Under the pieces are notes generated by a model. The model worked only from the letters and a program-made list of their open reading frames with translations, searched no databases and was not told the origin of the DNA. From a virus, in UHGV virus genome UHGV-0212524: 64,000 nt of DNA. One strand, given 5' to 3'. A program made the position numbers and the translations under genes. This document shows positions 1 to 10,800 of this stretch, piece after piece. Each line of letters starts with the position of its first letter. Positions within the stretch are counted from its first letter, which is position 1.

Positions 1-2
1 GA

Positions 3-230
3 TTGTTGTACGACCACTCGGATAGTTCAGAGTTAGCGTTTACCATTGAGACGCTCTCGGTACGTAAAGATTTGGATAACGTGGGTAAAGGGAAGTGGTC
101 TATTGAACGCGTAGAGGAGATTCTCGGCCACTTTAAAGCCAACAACAAATTTAAACGTTGGTGTACATTACCTGAGTTAGTAGAAGAGTTGAAAAAGCGG
201 GATTGCAAGCCGCTACCTTTTAACCCGTAG
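3..230 (+). CDS. hypothetical protein (5' end may lie outside the window)
   Basis: 75-aa ORF reaching the window edge; no recognisable motif. Confidence 0.35.
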   Translation: MLYDHSDSSELAFTIETLSVRKDLDNVGKGKWSIERVEEILGHFKANNKFKRWCTLPELVEELKKRDCKPLPFNP

Positions 231-276
231 TCTTTTTTACAACTGCGGCTATTTTAATGATTAGGAGAATATAGAG

Positions 277-672
277 ATGACCGCAATATTAGGTATAATG
301 TCAAGAAAAGCTGATGTCATTGAGACATTTATTGACCAATATAACAACTCACCGTATACGCGTCTTAGATTGCGTATACCCCAGAATAGCACAGAATGGG
401 TTCGTTGGTTTAGGATTTGGGATAAAACAATAAGTAAAATTGATCCGTTATTTAGAATTAGGGTTGAACCTGCTTATTGGATTGTAATGGAAATTTCGCT
501 ACTACGTATTATCGAAAAACGTCCTATTGACACCATGACGATGTTTGGGAAAGATACGTATAAAATGTTGACCAACGGTTTTGTAGGTAATGGAGAACAC
601 ACCTTGTATCAGGCAATGCTGGAAATGTGTTTGTTCGATTTAGTTACTTACGAATTGGGGATTTCAAAATGA
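277..672 (+). CDS. hypothetical protein
   Basis: 131-aa ORF; ATG preceded by AGGAG-type RBS; first of a tightly packed co-directional array. Confidence 0.55.
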   Translation: MTAILGIMSRKADVIETFIDQYNNSPYTRLRLRIPQNSTEWVRWFRIWDKTISKIDPLFRIRVEPAYWIVMEISLLRIIEKRPIDTMTMFGKDTYKMLTNGFVGNGEHTLYQAMLEMCLFDLVTYELGISK

Positions 673-1133
673 ATTGCTTCGAATCTAAAGAAATTGTTGA
701 GTTGTTTAAACAGCGTGAGAAAACCACTTTCCGTGACTTGTACGATTCCGATTACCGTCCTCTGTTTGCGGTATTGCTGAAACTGGATAAAGAACCCGAA
801 ATTGCATTAGCAGAAGTTCAACATCACCACATCAGTTTCGTATTAACTGAAAACAAGGAACGTTGGGTAGATGACATACTGGGTCGTATTGCGCTTTTGG
901 AAACACCACATCGTTGGGAAGTGGTTATTCAGAAATCGCTGTTCCCACGGGAAGATATTTTCAACAATTATCGTCCGAAACAGTATTACAACCACGACGG
1001 GTCGCCAAAACGTGCTTTCCTGGCACCGCAACACTTCGTAACCTACGTAACGTTGCGTTATAAAGACACCGTGGTGCCGTTTGACACCTACCTGGAAATG
1101 CGTGAGATAATTTTAGGGAAGAGTCCGTCATGA
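669..1133 (+). CDS. hypothetical protein
   Basis: ATG at 669 overlaps the upstream stop (ATGA) with GGGGA RBS; ORF track frame extends to 627. Confidence 0.5.
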   Translation: MNCFESKEIVELFKQREKTTFRDLYDSDYRPLFAVLLKLDKEPEIALAEVQHHHISFVLTENKERWVDDILGRIALLETPHRWEVVIQKSLFPREDIFNNYRPKQYYNHDGSPKRAFLAPQHFVTYVTLRYKDTVVPFDTYLEMREIILGKSPS

Positions 1134-1612
1134 TTCAATTTTCTGTTGGCGCAGAAAGACTGGCGTCGTTTAAAGAACGTGCTCAGTCTGCAATCAAAAA
1201 CGGTTACATTGAGAAAGGTGTTCGTGATACCTGTAAACTAATCAACGACCATCCGCACCTGGCGACAATGTGGAGCTGTGAAGGTCACGGTATGTATTCT
1301 AAGTCACCTGGAAATCTGCATATCGTTTTTGCAACAGACGCTATTGGAAGTCAGATTCCAATGCAGGTTATGACCGAACTTGCAAAATCAGATTTACCGA
1401 ATTTCTGGAATCTTAGTTTGTGTCGTCTTTATATACCAGACGCATACACGGATTTGGTATATCTTGAACCTGACTATGGATTAAATACCGATGACACGTC
1501 TTACTGGTCTTGGAAAATCGGATACATGTGCTTGATTAATCGGCCTGTATTAATTGAAGCACGTCAAGCTCTTTACAAAGCATTTCACACAGTATTAGTT
1601 GAGAATAAATAA
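1130..1612 (+). CDS. hypothetical protein
   Basis: 160-aa ORF; ATGA start/stop overlap with upstream gene. Confidence 0.55.
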   Translation: MIQFSVGAERLASFKERAQSAIKNGYIEKGVRDTCKLINDHPHLATMWSCEGHGMYSKSPGNLHIVFATDAIGSQIPMQVMTELAKSDLPNFWNLSLCRLYIPDAYTDLVYLEPDYGLNTDDTSYWSWKIGYMCLINRPVLIEARQALYKAFHTVLVENK

Positions 1613-2304
1613 TGGCTACCAAACAAAAGAAACCTCGTAACAAAAAGTATAACCCGAAAGCGGCTGCTAACCGTACTGCGCACACCATTGCTGAAAATGC
1701 GCTAAACCGTATTACTTTCGTCGGTAGCTCTATTCGTCCTATTGGTCCGTACGCAGGTCGTGGTTTCCAGTTCACAACGTCACCGCGTATGCGCATGGCA
1801 GCGACTGATATGTTAATCGGTGGTTTGTTTGACGAACCACGTAACTGGAAACTCTGGGTTGCGCATCTGTACGAAACAGATAATGGTGTACAAGCAGAAA
1901 CCGTCGTGGCCACGCTTGACGACTACACGTTAAGTGACTTCTGTCAGCACGGCGACAAAATCATCAAGTCGCTACGTGAGACAGAAGAAAACTACTTCGG
2001 CTATGCTTTCGTTGCTGCGCCTAATGAACGCTATGATTTCGACCAGGGAGAAGAACGCTTACTGGAAAACTTCATGCATTCTGGACTATTAGACAAATCC
2101 TTACACTTACCTGAAGAGGAACTGATGGTTTCGCGTAAGGATATGGTAACGTTGCTGTTAGCCGACCGTGGTCGTTTTGATATCACCGAGCCACATGTAC
2201 GTAAAGTACAGAAACTCGTGGATAAAGTAGACGAAACTGACCTGGACACTAATGAAGTCGCAACACGTATTCAAAGTGTAGTAAACCAGATTGAGGATTA
2301 CTAA
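1612..2304 (+). CDS. hypothetical protein with basic N-terminus
   Basis: 230-aa ORF; start coupled to upstream stop; N-terminal KQKKPRNKKYNPK. Confidence 0.55.
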   Translation: MATKQKKPRNKKYNPKAAANRTAHTIAENALNRITFVGSSIRPIGPYAGRGFQFTTSPRMRMAATDMLIGGLFDEPRNWKLWVAHLYETDNGVQAETVVATLDDYTLSDFCQHGDKIIKSLRETEENYFGYAFVAAPNERYDFDQGEERLLENFMHSGLLDKSLHLPEEELMVSRKDMVTLLLADRGRFDITEPHVRKVQKLVDKVDETDLDTNEVATRIQSVVNQIEDY

Positions 2305-2306
2305 AC

Positions 2307-2837
2307 GTGATAGCACGACTTGTGGGTTGGTTTAAGCAATGTCGTGCAAAGGCGGTCGAATGGCCGCCTATTACGCATGACGAGAAAGTGGCTCTTTTTT
2401 TGAGATATAACAAAGACTTGAAGAGATTAGGTGGATTAATGCGCTTAACGGAACGTCAGGTTTTTGCTAAGATTTCGAGCAGCGAGTTGCGTAAAGAAGT
2501 AATTCCACACCTATCCTTTTTAGGGCAGGTTTATGCAATGACGACAGAGGAATTTTTATCAACCCAAGGTAGCGAACGGCCACATATTCGGTTTTCCGTC
2601 GTAGGTGAACCTGATACGGTAGGTGAAATCGATTTTAAGATGCTGTATCGCAGAATAAAAGATGATGGGTTTATACATGTTAAACGATTATCAGAAACTT
2701 CTGTGGTGATTTATCATCGCACTGATCAGGATTTGTTAGGGTGTGTTATAAGGCTAACAAATTTACGTAGTTTTTACGTTGATTTACTTACAGACTTTTA
2801 TCCGGAACCTTGGTGTTTTATAGATGAAAATAAATGA
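2307..2837 (+). CDS. hypothetical protein
   Basis: 176-aa ORF; apparent GTG start 3 nt after upstream stop. Confidence 0.45.
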   Translation: MIARLVGWFKQCRAKAVEWPPITHDEKVALFLRYNKDLKRLGGLMRLTERQVFAKISSSELRKEVIPHLSFLGQVYAMTTEEFLSTQGSERPHIRFSVVGEPDTVGEIDFKMLYRRIKDDGFIHVKRLSETSVVIYHRTDQDLLGCVIRLTNLRSFYVDLLTDFYPEPWCFIDENK

Positions 2838-3036
2838 CGGATATATCATTTCAGCAATCGTTTCAACTGCGTTGATTGTAGCGATGTTGATGTTCTACGT
2901 TAAGACGTCTGACGAATCACGTAGAGACTCCCTTTATCGTGAATGTATGTCAGGCACTACTGTAGATAATCCACGCTACGCTGAATTAGTAATGGCGTGT
3001 ACGGAATACGCTAATCGAATGGGAGGAGGGAAATGA
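2824..3036 (+). CDS. small membrane protein
   Basis: 70 aa; single N-terminal hydrophobic helix; two spaced Cys; paralogous pattern with next ORF. Confidence 0.45.
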   Translation: MKINDGYIISAIVSTALIVAMLMFYVKTSDESRRDSLYRECMSGTTVDNPRYAELVMACTEYANRMGGGK

Positions 3037-3230
3037 AAATTTGGTTGCCGATTCTAGTTTTTATCGTTATTGCAGGGGCACTCGCAAGTGCTGAGTTAGA
3101 TAGCCGTACTTTAGAAACGAAACGTGAATTGTACCAGGACTGTATAAAGGATTATACACCGGGTACAGAGCTTCATGCACAAGCTGTAAAAAGTTGTGCG
3201 TTGATGGCTGAATCGCAGACTCGCTCCTAA
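3033..3230 (+). CDS. small secreted/membrane protein (paralog of 2824..3036)
   Basis: 65 aa; N-terminal signal-like hydrophobic segment; ATGA overlap with upstream gene. Confidence 0.45.
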   Translation: MKIWLPILVFIVIAGALASAELDSRTLETKRELYQDCIKDYTPGTELHAQAVKSCALMAESQTRS

Positions 3231-3604
3231 TGCGTATCTGGACGCTACAACTCGCTAAGTGGCGGTTAGCTAAGCAGAAAGGATTTCACGCGGTGGATAT
3301 CACCGTGAAGTCAGGTCGAAAGGAACTCGCCCCCGACTGGGATTTCCTAATGGCGTATAAATCTTCTGTCAAGGACGCTGCCGCTGAACGTGAGTACACG
3401 ATAAAGTATTTGTACAAACTCGAACGACTGTTAGATACTGATGCCGAAGTTTTAGTGTCGTTACTCAGACACGATGACTTGGTTTTGATGTGTTATTGTC
3501 CCGCAGGTAAGTTTTGTCATCGACACTTACTGGCGAACAAACTTCAAGAAGTGGGAATGATGTTTGGTATCGACGTTGTGTTGTGTGGAGAATTAACCGA
3601 ATAA
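3230..3604 (+). CDS. hypothetical protein with Cys/His cluster
   Basis: 124 aa; CYCPAGKFCHRH near C-terminus suggests metal binding; terminator follows. Confidence 0.5.
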   Translation: MRIWTLQLAKWRLAKQKGFHAVDITVKSGRKELAPDWDFLMAYKSSVKDAAAEREYTIKYLYKLERLLDTDAEVLVSLLRHDDLVLMCYCPAGKFCHRHLLANKLQEVGMMFGIDVVLCGELTE

Positions 3605-3670
3605 AAAATTCTATCGAAATCTTCCGGAAAAATCACTAATCATTCTTGATTTTTAACTACAGAATAGTCT

Positions 3671-3714
3671 CCTACCGCCCGATTCTATGGGCGGTAGGTG
3701 TTTTATTTTTTTTT
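3671..3714 (+). terminator. rho-independent terminator
   Basis: CCTACCGCCC..GGGCGGTAGG hairpin followed by a 14-nt T-rich run. Confidence 0.7.
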
Positions 3715-3730
3715 GATCTCGGAGGGTTAA

Positions 3731-4294
3731 GTGGCCACACCATACGTACCTGATTTGAGTCTGACCTCAGCAGAGCTAGTGGTCGCTTTAATCAATCACG
3801 ATAATGGGTTACAGCTTACGCTAAACGAAATACGTATTAGCGGGACCGTAACAAACTCATCTCCAACAACTTCGCGTCGTAACACCATTACCGAAATCAG
3901 TAAAATCAGAAAACCAGATGGTGCGTCTGTTGTGGTTTATTACGACAGACTCGACGCAGATGAAGTATTAACGTATGAACCCATTCTGATTTCGTTAGAC
4001 GGTACTGAAGACAACGTTCGTGACATTCTTAGTGTTGTAAATGAATTCTGCGGAACGAACTTACAACCCGAGGATTTACGTGCTTCAGATATCACTTTAG
4101 GTAACGATCCCATTTCCGTTAACGTTGCCGACGATTCTCCTGCGTGGATGAACGCGTTTATGGTGACGTTGTTTGATACAACCGAACGGGCATTAGCAAA
4201 CGAAGAAGATGCAATCTTCTGTATTGGTGACAATGCCGTTCTTACATTCGAGGTTACAGATGGCGACAGCACTGAAGAAGACGAGACTCCATGA
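3731..4294 (+). CDS. hypothetical protein, PDLSLTS paralog family (upstream flank of adhesin module)
   Basis: 187 aa; N-terminus ...PDLSLTSAELVVALINHD... and YYDRL / CGTNLQPEDL segments paralogous to 13858..14370. Confidence 0.6.
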   Translation: MATPYVPDLSLTSAELVVALINHDNGLQLTLNEIRISGTVTNSSPTTSRRNTITEISKIRKPDGASVVVYYDRLDADEVLTYEPILISLDGTEDNVRDILSVVNEFCGTNLQPEDLRASDITLGNDPISVNVADDSPAWMNAFMVTLFDTTERALANEEDAIFCIGDNAVLTFEVTDGDSTEEDETP

Positions 4295-4721
4295 GCTCGA
4301 AAGCTACGCAGGCACACCGCAGGGCGGGGTACTGCTGTATAGCAAAGACAATAAAGAATATAAAATTGATGTTGATAAGTTAGCCCCGGTTGCGACAGTC
4401 ACCACGGTTAACGGTTCGAATAATGCCGCCACGTTGGATTTCAATACCAGCACTGACATTATTCTGGTGTTAAACGATCCCACTACTACGGTGACGTTCG
4501 CAGCCCTTACTAACGTTGCGGAAAATACCCGTTTCGAAGTAATGCTAACGTTTAAGCAGGGAACAGGGGCGAATAAAGTAACCTGGCCTGAAAACGTTAA
4601 GTGGCCTCACGGTGCAAAACCGGTTTTATCCTACACGGCAAATGCGGAAGACACTCTGTCGCTTTATACCCTTGACGGGGGTGCCACTTGGAAAGGTTCT
4701 CTTCTTGCAGCGGGTTACTAA
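4260..4721 (+). CDS. short fibre-like protein sharing N-terminal anchor motif with the long tail fiber
   Basis: ATG at 4260 with GAGG RBS; N-terminal MATALKKTRLHELESYAGTPQGGVLLYSKDNKEYKI matches N-terminus of 7806..12272. Confidence 0.55.
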   Translation: MATALKKTRLHELESYAGTPQGGVLLYSKDNKEYKIDVDKLAPVATVTTVNGSNNAATLDFNTSTDIILVLNDPTTTVTFAALTNVAENTRFEVMLTFKQGTGANKVTWPENVKWPHGAKPVLSYTANAEDTLSLYTLDGGATWKGSLLAAGY

Positions 4722-7700
4722 ATGAGAAAACATTTTCAGCGTCACGCGATTAGCTACGCGTTATCGTTAGCTTACGGTCACCAATCCTTCGTTACCCGGA
4801 ATACGGGAACGACTAACGACGCACATATCGATCATTACATTCAAAACGAAGAAGGTGTTCTGTCGAATAACCGTCATTTCATCGCTGATACCATGGCGGA
4901 ATACCAACCGAACGGTGACGCAACGACCGAGGGTCAGTCGTTACACATTATCGGTTATTGCCACATGTATATCGCAACAAAAGACGAAAGATGGTTAGAT
5001 GCTGCGAAACACGCCTGGGATGCGTACAACACGTACTTCTACGCCGGACAGCCTATTCCGACAACACCCCAGCGTCGGATTTGTAACTGGTTAGTAAACG
5101 GGAAAGAACCGGTATTAGCACACTATCCTATTCACCCTACGGAACCTACCAACGGCGGGTATAAATGTGTTCCTGTAAGGTTTACAAATGGCCAATGTAA
5201 GATACCGCACGGTGCACCTTTCTGGGGAGAGTATTTGGATATCTGTACGTTTGCATATCGTGGCCACCCTGCCTGGGCCGCGATTAACGCAGATGTACAG
5301 ATTATCAAGGAAGACAAAGAAGGGTCGATTAATTGGGAAGACGTTTTAACTCACGTTATTACTAATCCTGATAAGCCTTACGAAAGCACAGCTTGGGTCG
5401 ATTGGCCAACACTGCTAAATAATACTACAGGTTACACCCCGCTTTGGGGCGGCTCTGCAACAAAAGCTCCTAAACACGACGTTGACTGGATAATTGCCTG
5501 GACGGGTAACAAAATCCAGGATGGTGAAATTATTGAGACGGGATTAGCAGACGCTGATAAAGGTACCGTACAGTTAAAAGACACACAGTTAAACGGTGTC
5601 TATTTAATTAACTACGCGGTAAAACTTCCTGTCGAACACGGCGGTTACGAATTTAAACGTAATGAGCCGTGGCACAACCGTCCGGTCCACACACCGTTCT
5701 TAGGGTCGAAAAACCAATACGGTAACGCCGCTGATGCTGAACTGTGGTTTATCGACGCCTGTTATTTGCTGTGGCGAATCACAGGTGAAGAGAAATACAA
5801 ACAAGCATTAGACTGTGCTTTCTACACCGCACATGAGTACACGTATATTGATGCGACAGATAAATTCTTCCGTCGTTCTACCGCTGCGGATACACCGTTT
5901 ACTGACGGTATTTCGTACGATTTCGATTACCCAGATACCGTAAGTGCCACCTACGGCCGTGATGAGAATGGAGACATTACCATCCACGTGCCTGAAGCGG
6001 CGCAGCACTTTATGGAGCAAAAAGCGGTTAGGTTCAGGATTAACAAAGACTCTAAACTACGTGTCACGTACGGTGGAGTTTGTAAGAATGGCGATCCTGT
6101 CTACTGTAAAGTGATGGTGAACATTAACCCTGCGAAAGCTGATACCGAGGAGGTAAACTGGTACGGTTTAACCTTACCTCGGTCTACGGTAAATACCGTT
6201 AAACAGTACGATGTTGACTTAGGCCAACTTTCCCGTATTACCACCCCAGAAGGGGGAGACTACCTGATAGCTGAAGCCCGTGCGTGTTCGGACTACGGTG
6301 GTTGTACGTGGGAAGAACGTTTTGAGGATAGCATTTACGATGGTCGCGCGGGTACCGTGGTAGAAGCGGAATTTCCTGATGACAGTGCCGGGTTTATTAT
6401 CGGGTTTTGGTTAACCGCTGAAGAGAAGGTAAAACCCGTTTCTATTGTTTACCGTGCAGACGCAGATTTTAACTTGCGTTTAGTCGACAGTGATAACTGG
6501 CTTTGGTGGTGGATGTTACCCAACACAAACAACGAATGGCGTCAGGTAACGTTGAATCCGGATGAAGCCACACTTTCCGGTTATCAGCCAGACCACACAG
6601 ACGCTGACCCTAAACCTTCAGCACCGAATTTCGATAAGGTGGATCAGGTCACGATTCTTCCTGACTCCACAGTTGACCATGCACACTTTGCTTACTATTG
6701 TGTTAACGATGTCCCACCGGTCTTTAATAAAGACGATGGTTATATTTTAACCTTCCGTATTGCCTTACGCGGTGGTGCAGAGTTTGATGCAAAGGTGGGT
6801 GATTGTACGATTGTAGATTACCGATTGGATTCGTTAGCGTACTGTCCGGGTACGATACCGTTCACGAACAGCTACTTAGAAGGTTCAGAACAGTTAGGTG
6901 CTTGGCACGGGATGCCTTATCCAGGTTATCAGTATCCGTTTATGTACAGTATCCACAAAGACGACCGGTATAAGTTGTGGTTAGATAACCAGATTCAATT
7001 CCTGCACGATTCGCAGTTGGCTTACCAACAGCAAATTGGGGAATTAGGACCTGGTTGCGCAGCTTATATCTGGAACCGTTGGGACAACTACAGCTACGGA
7101 GAAGCGGATACCTGGACGACGTTCCATTGGGGTGATGACCATCCTTGGGCAGGGTATCAGCCTCGCGCGTTTCATGCTGCGTGTCGGTGTTGGTACGAAC
7201 TGAAACTGCGAGGTAAAGACGTTCCCGAGGCGTTAACAACCTATATTGACAACTGGGTGAATTGGCTAGGTGGGTTTGTGGATCGGTTTAACGGCCACAC
7301 TCCTAACGAGTTCCCTACAGCACCGGATAAAGCTGTTTGGGTGGAAAACGACTTCACCGCACATATGTGTGGGTTGTGGTTAGCAGGGTGTTGCTGGGCA
7401 TTACTCGCCGGTGCAACGAATCCGAACTACGAAAAAGTGGTTAATGCGGCAATTAAGGAGTTAGGTGAAGGGTTTACGATTACCTCAATTCCGAATAAGC
7501 CGATTAATGGAGCGTGGTCTCCAGCCGCTCGAGAGTCTTCTGATAACGGAATGGCTTATGGGTTCTACACTGGAGAAGTGCTACGTGCGTTAGGTCTCTA
7601 CGTTACTTATAAAACCTACGGACCCAACGCTAATATTTATCGTGACTTAGCGATTACTGACCACAGTCAAGCGGTCTTAGACGTTACGTTAACGATAGAA

Positions 7701-7727
7701 GATGTTCCATTAAAACCGGAGCAATAA
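4722..7727 (+). CDS. large structural protein (1001 aa), function unknown
   Basis: ATG directly abuts upstream stop; Trp/Tyr-rich; sits between fibre-anchor gene and long tail fiber; terminator follows. Confidence 0.6.
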   Translation: MRKHFQRHAISYALSLAYGHQSFVTRNTGTTNDAHIDHYIQNEEGVLSNNRHFIADTMAEYQPNGDATTEGQSLHIIGYCHMYIATKDERWLDAAKHAWDAYNTYFYAGQPIPTTPQRRICNWLVNGKEPVLAHYPIHPTEPTNGGYKCVPVRFTNGQCKIPHGAPFWGEYLDICTFAYRGHPAWAAINADVQIIKEDKEGSINWEDVLTHVITNPDKPYESTAWVDWPTLLNNTTGYTPLWGGSATKAPKHDVDWIIAWTGNKIQDGEIIETGLADADKGTVQLKDTQLNGVYLINYAVKLPVEHGGYEFKRNEPWHNRPVHTPFLGSKNQYGNAADAELWFIDACYLLWRITGEEKYKQALDCAFYTAHEYTYIDATDKFFRRSTAADTPFTDGISYDFDYPDTVSATYGRDENGDITIHVPEAAQHFMEQKAVRFRINKDSKLRVTYGGVCKNGDPVYCKVMVNINPAKADTEEVNWYGLTLPRSTVNTVKQYDVDLGQLSRITTPEGGDYLIAEARACSDYGGCTWEERFEDSIYDGRAGTVVEAEFPDDSAGFIIGFWLTAEEKVKPVSIVYRADADFNLRLVDSDNWLWWWMLPNTNNEWRQVTLNPDEATLSGYQPDHTDADPKPSAPNFDKVDQVTILPDSTVDHAHFAYYCVNDVPPVFNKDDGYILTFRIALRGGAEFDAKVGDCTIVDYRLDSLAYCPGTIPFTNSYLEGSEQLGAWHGMPYPGYQYPFMYSIHKDDRYKLWLDNQIQFLHDSQLAYQQQIGELGPGCAAYIWNRWDNYSYGEADTWTTFHWGDDHPWAGYQPRAFHAACRCWYELKLRGKDVPEALTTYIDNWVNWLGGFVDRFNGHTPNEFPTAPDKAVWVENDFTAHMCGLWLAGCCWALLAGATNPNYEKVVNAAIKELGEGFTITSIPNKPINGAWSPAARESSDNGMAYGFYTGEVLRALGLYVTYKTYGPNANIYRDLAITDHSQAVLDVTLTIEDVPLKPEQ

Positions 7728-7748
7728 TAACCCGCTTATAAAAATGTT

Positions 7749-7780
7749 GGGGGAGGTGCTTTACCTCCCCCAGATCTTTT
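7749..7780 (+). terminator. hairpin terminator
   Basis: GGGGGAGGT..ACCTCCCCC hairpin after the 1001-aa gene; weak T tract. Confidence 0.55.
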
Positions 7781-7805
7781 AGCTCCCGATAGAGAATTAA
7801 ATATC

Positions 7806-10800
7806 ATGGCTAAAGCGGTAAAGAAAATTCGTTTACACGATTTACGTCCATACACCGGGGATATAGGTGAAGGTGTTTTACTTTTTTCCAAGGATGAGAA
7901 AGATTATAAGTTACCTGTCCGTGAGATCGTTGCAGATATTGACACCGTACGTAATGCGGTGTCTGATGCACAAACAGCAGCAACACAATCACAAGAAGCT
8001 GCAACTCAGGCTACACAAGCAAAGAATTTAGCAGAAACAGCAAAACAACAAACTGACACCGTTGCGGCTACAGTTGCTCAACAAGCGCAAACTGTAACCG
8101 AAAAAGCAACTGAAGTCGGTACAAAACACACTGAAGTGTTAGCCGCGAAAACGGCGGTAGATACCCAGGTTGTGTCCGTTAATGAGAAAGCGCAAGCGGT
8201 AGCGGCAAGCGAGGCCAACGTCACACAAGCGGTGACTACCGTTACGAAGAAAGCAGAAACTGTTGCCACACAAGCCGGTCAAGTCGAACAGTCGCTTACG
8301 GCAGTTAACGAAGCTGTCGCGTCGGTAGAGTCGTCAAAAGCCGCTGTAGAAGCTACAGCAACGCAAGTTACCACAGACAAAGAAACCGCAGAGAATGCGG
8401 CAACGCGTTCTGAGGCAGCGGCTAAGCGTGCAGAAGAAATCGCTGCAAAAGGTAACGTTGATGCAACAACGACCAGTAAAGGTATCGTTAGACTTAATAA
8501 TACCTTAAGCAGTGACTCTGTTACTGAAGCGGCTACGCCGTCAACGGTTAAGCAGTTAAATGAAGATTTGCAGTTAAAAGCAAACCGTCACAACCCAACT
8601 TTTACCGGTGTGGTAAAAGCACCAACACCTGCTTCGGATTCTAACGACACGAGCGTCTCAACGACCGCATGGGTACGGCAAGCGATTGCTGAATTAGTGG
8701 ACTCTTCACCCGAGACGTTAGATACGTTATCAGAAATTGCAGCTGCGTTAGGAAACGATCCTAACTTTGCGACAACGATGACGAACCAACTCGCGGGTAA
8801 ACAGCCGTTAAGTCCGTTACTGACAGCGATTGCCGCAGTCACCACCGCTGCAAACAAACTCCCTTACTTTACCGGTAGTAATCAGGTAGGGTTAGCGGAT
8901 TTCACCTCGACTGCGCGTGATTTGTTAGCGAAAGGGTCGACGGCAGATATCATTAACTTCCTGGGTTTGAAAACCACTGTTGATAAAGCTGCGGGTGCTA
9001 TGCAACGCAGTTCTAACGGTGCCGATATTCCAGATAAAGTCACCTTCGCGAAGAACATCGGGTTGTCAGCAGAGACGTATTTGAAGTTTAATGGGGAAAT
9101 GGCAGTAGATGCGGATATCAACACCTTCGGCCCAGTCGAAGCGTTTATGGGTGTCTGGTCTAAAGCCACGTCTACGAATGCAACAATTGCAAAGAACTTC
9201 CCGGAAGACGATGCAGTTGGTTACTTAGAGGTATTCAAAGCAGGTAACTACAGCGGAAGCCAACGTTTTACCATACGTAACGGTAACGTCTATACTCGTC
9301 GTTTAACAGGAACCTGGAACGGTACTAACGGCCCTTGGTCGCCCTGGAGAATGACAACTACCGCGAACCGTCCGCTCTCCACCACTATTGACCTTAACAC
9401 TTTAGGTGGTGTTGAACACATGGGTCAGTGGCGTAACTCCAGTTCTTCTCTTGCGACGTTCGATCGTCATTATCCCGAAGAAGGTGGTAATGCTCAAGGT
9501 GTATTAGAAGTAATGGAAGGTGGTCTCTACGGACGTATGCAACGTTACACCACTCGTCGTGGTACGATGTATGTCCGTGGGTTGACTGCGACTTGGGATG
9601 CGTCTAATCCACAGTGGGAAGATTGGATTCAAGTTGGGTATCAGGTAGACGGTGCCTACTATAAGGGTAGCTTTAATGACTTAACTAAACCTGGTCGTTT
9701 TAGTGTTACCGGTGAGGCTACTGACGGTCCGTTAACAGACTCTGCTGGCGCAACCTTGTTAGGTGTTTGCGAAGTTACCTTACGCTTAGACGGTTCAGGC
9801 GTTGAACAAAATTATACCACATACGGTACAGGCGCAACTACGAAAGGTCGCAAGTTCCAACGAATTCGTACAGGAAACGCCTGGAGCGAATGGCGAGAGA
9901 TTTTCACATCCTATTCACTCCCGTTGGCTTTAGGGATCGGTGGGGTTGCTGCCAAGGTCGATCCGTTAGACTGGCAAACCTTCGATTTCGTTCCTGGCCA
10001 GATGATAAGTACACCGTTGAATACCATGAAAAACATTCCTGCGGGAATGGATTGGGGTGTTATTGACGGTAACTTGGTCAGTATTCTCGTAGGGGCGTCA
10101 GAGGACACCGGTACTGGTCGGAGTATGTTGGTCTGGCGCGGTACAGTGTCTACTGCTAACTATCGCTTCTTTGCAGTACGTATCGCTGGCGAGAAGGGTA
10201 GCCGTACGATTACGCCACGACAGATGCCTGTGTTGAACGCAGCCCACACTTGGGCAGAGAAACAGACCTTTGCAAAAGGGTTAGCAGGTGAGTTAACCGG
10301 CAATGCTTCAACCGCCACTAAGCTCCAGACTGCGCGTAGAATTGGCGGGGTCGCTTTCGACGGCAGCGGCGACGTTAACCTCCCAGGTGTTAACCAACAA
10401 GGTAATCAAAACACCACAGGTAACGCCGCGACAGCCACTAAACTTCAAACCGCCAGAAATATTAACGGTGTGAAATTCGATGGCTCTGGAGACATCAATA
10501 TCAACACCTTGGTAGGTCGTGGACGGGTTACCGCTCTGACCGGGTCGAACAAGGGTACACCTGGTATCCAGATGTACGAAGTTTACAATAACGGTTATCC
10601 AACCGCCTATGGTAACTTGCTGCACTTAGGTGGTGCTAATGCGCTAGGCGAAGGTGAGTTGTTAATTGGTTGGTCGGGCACGAGTGGTGCACACGCACCC
10701 GTTTATATTCGTAGTCGACGCGATACGGCTGATGCGCCGTGGTCAGATTGGGCACAAGTTTATACTGCCCGTGACAGTATTCCTGGTGTAAATACCACCG

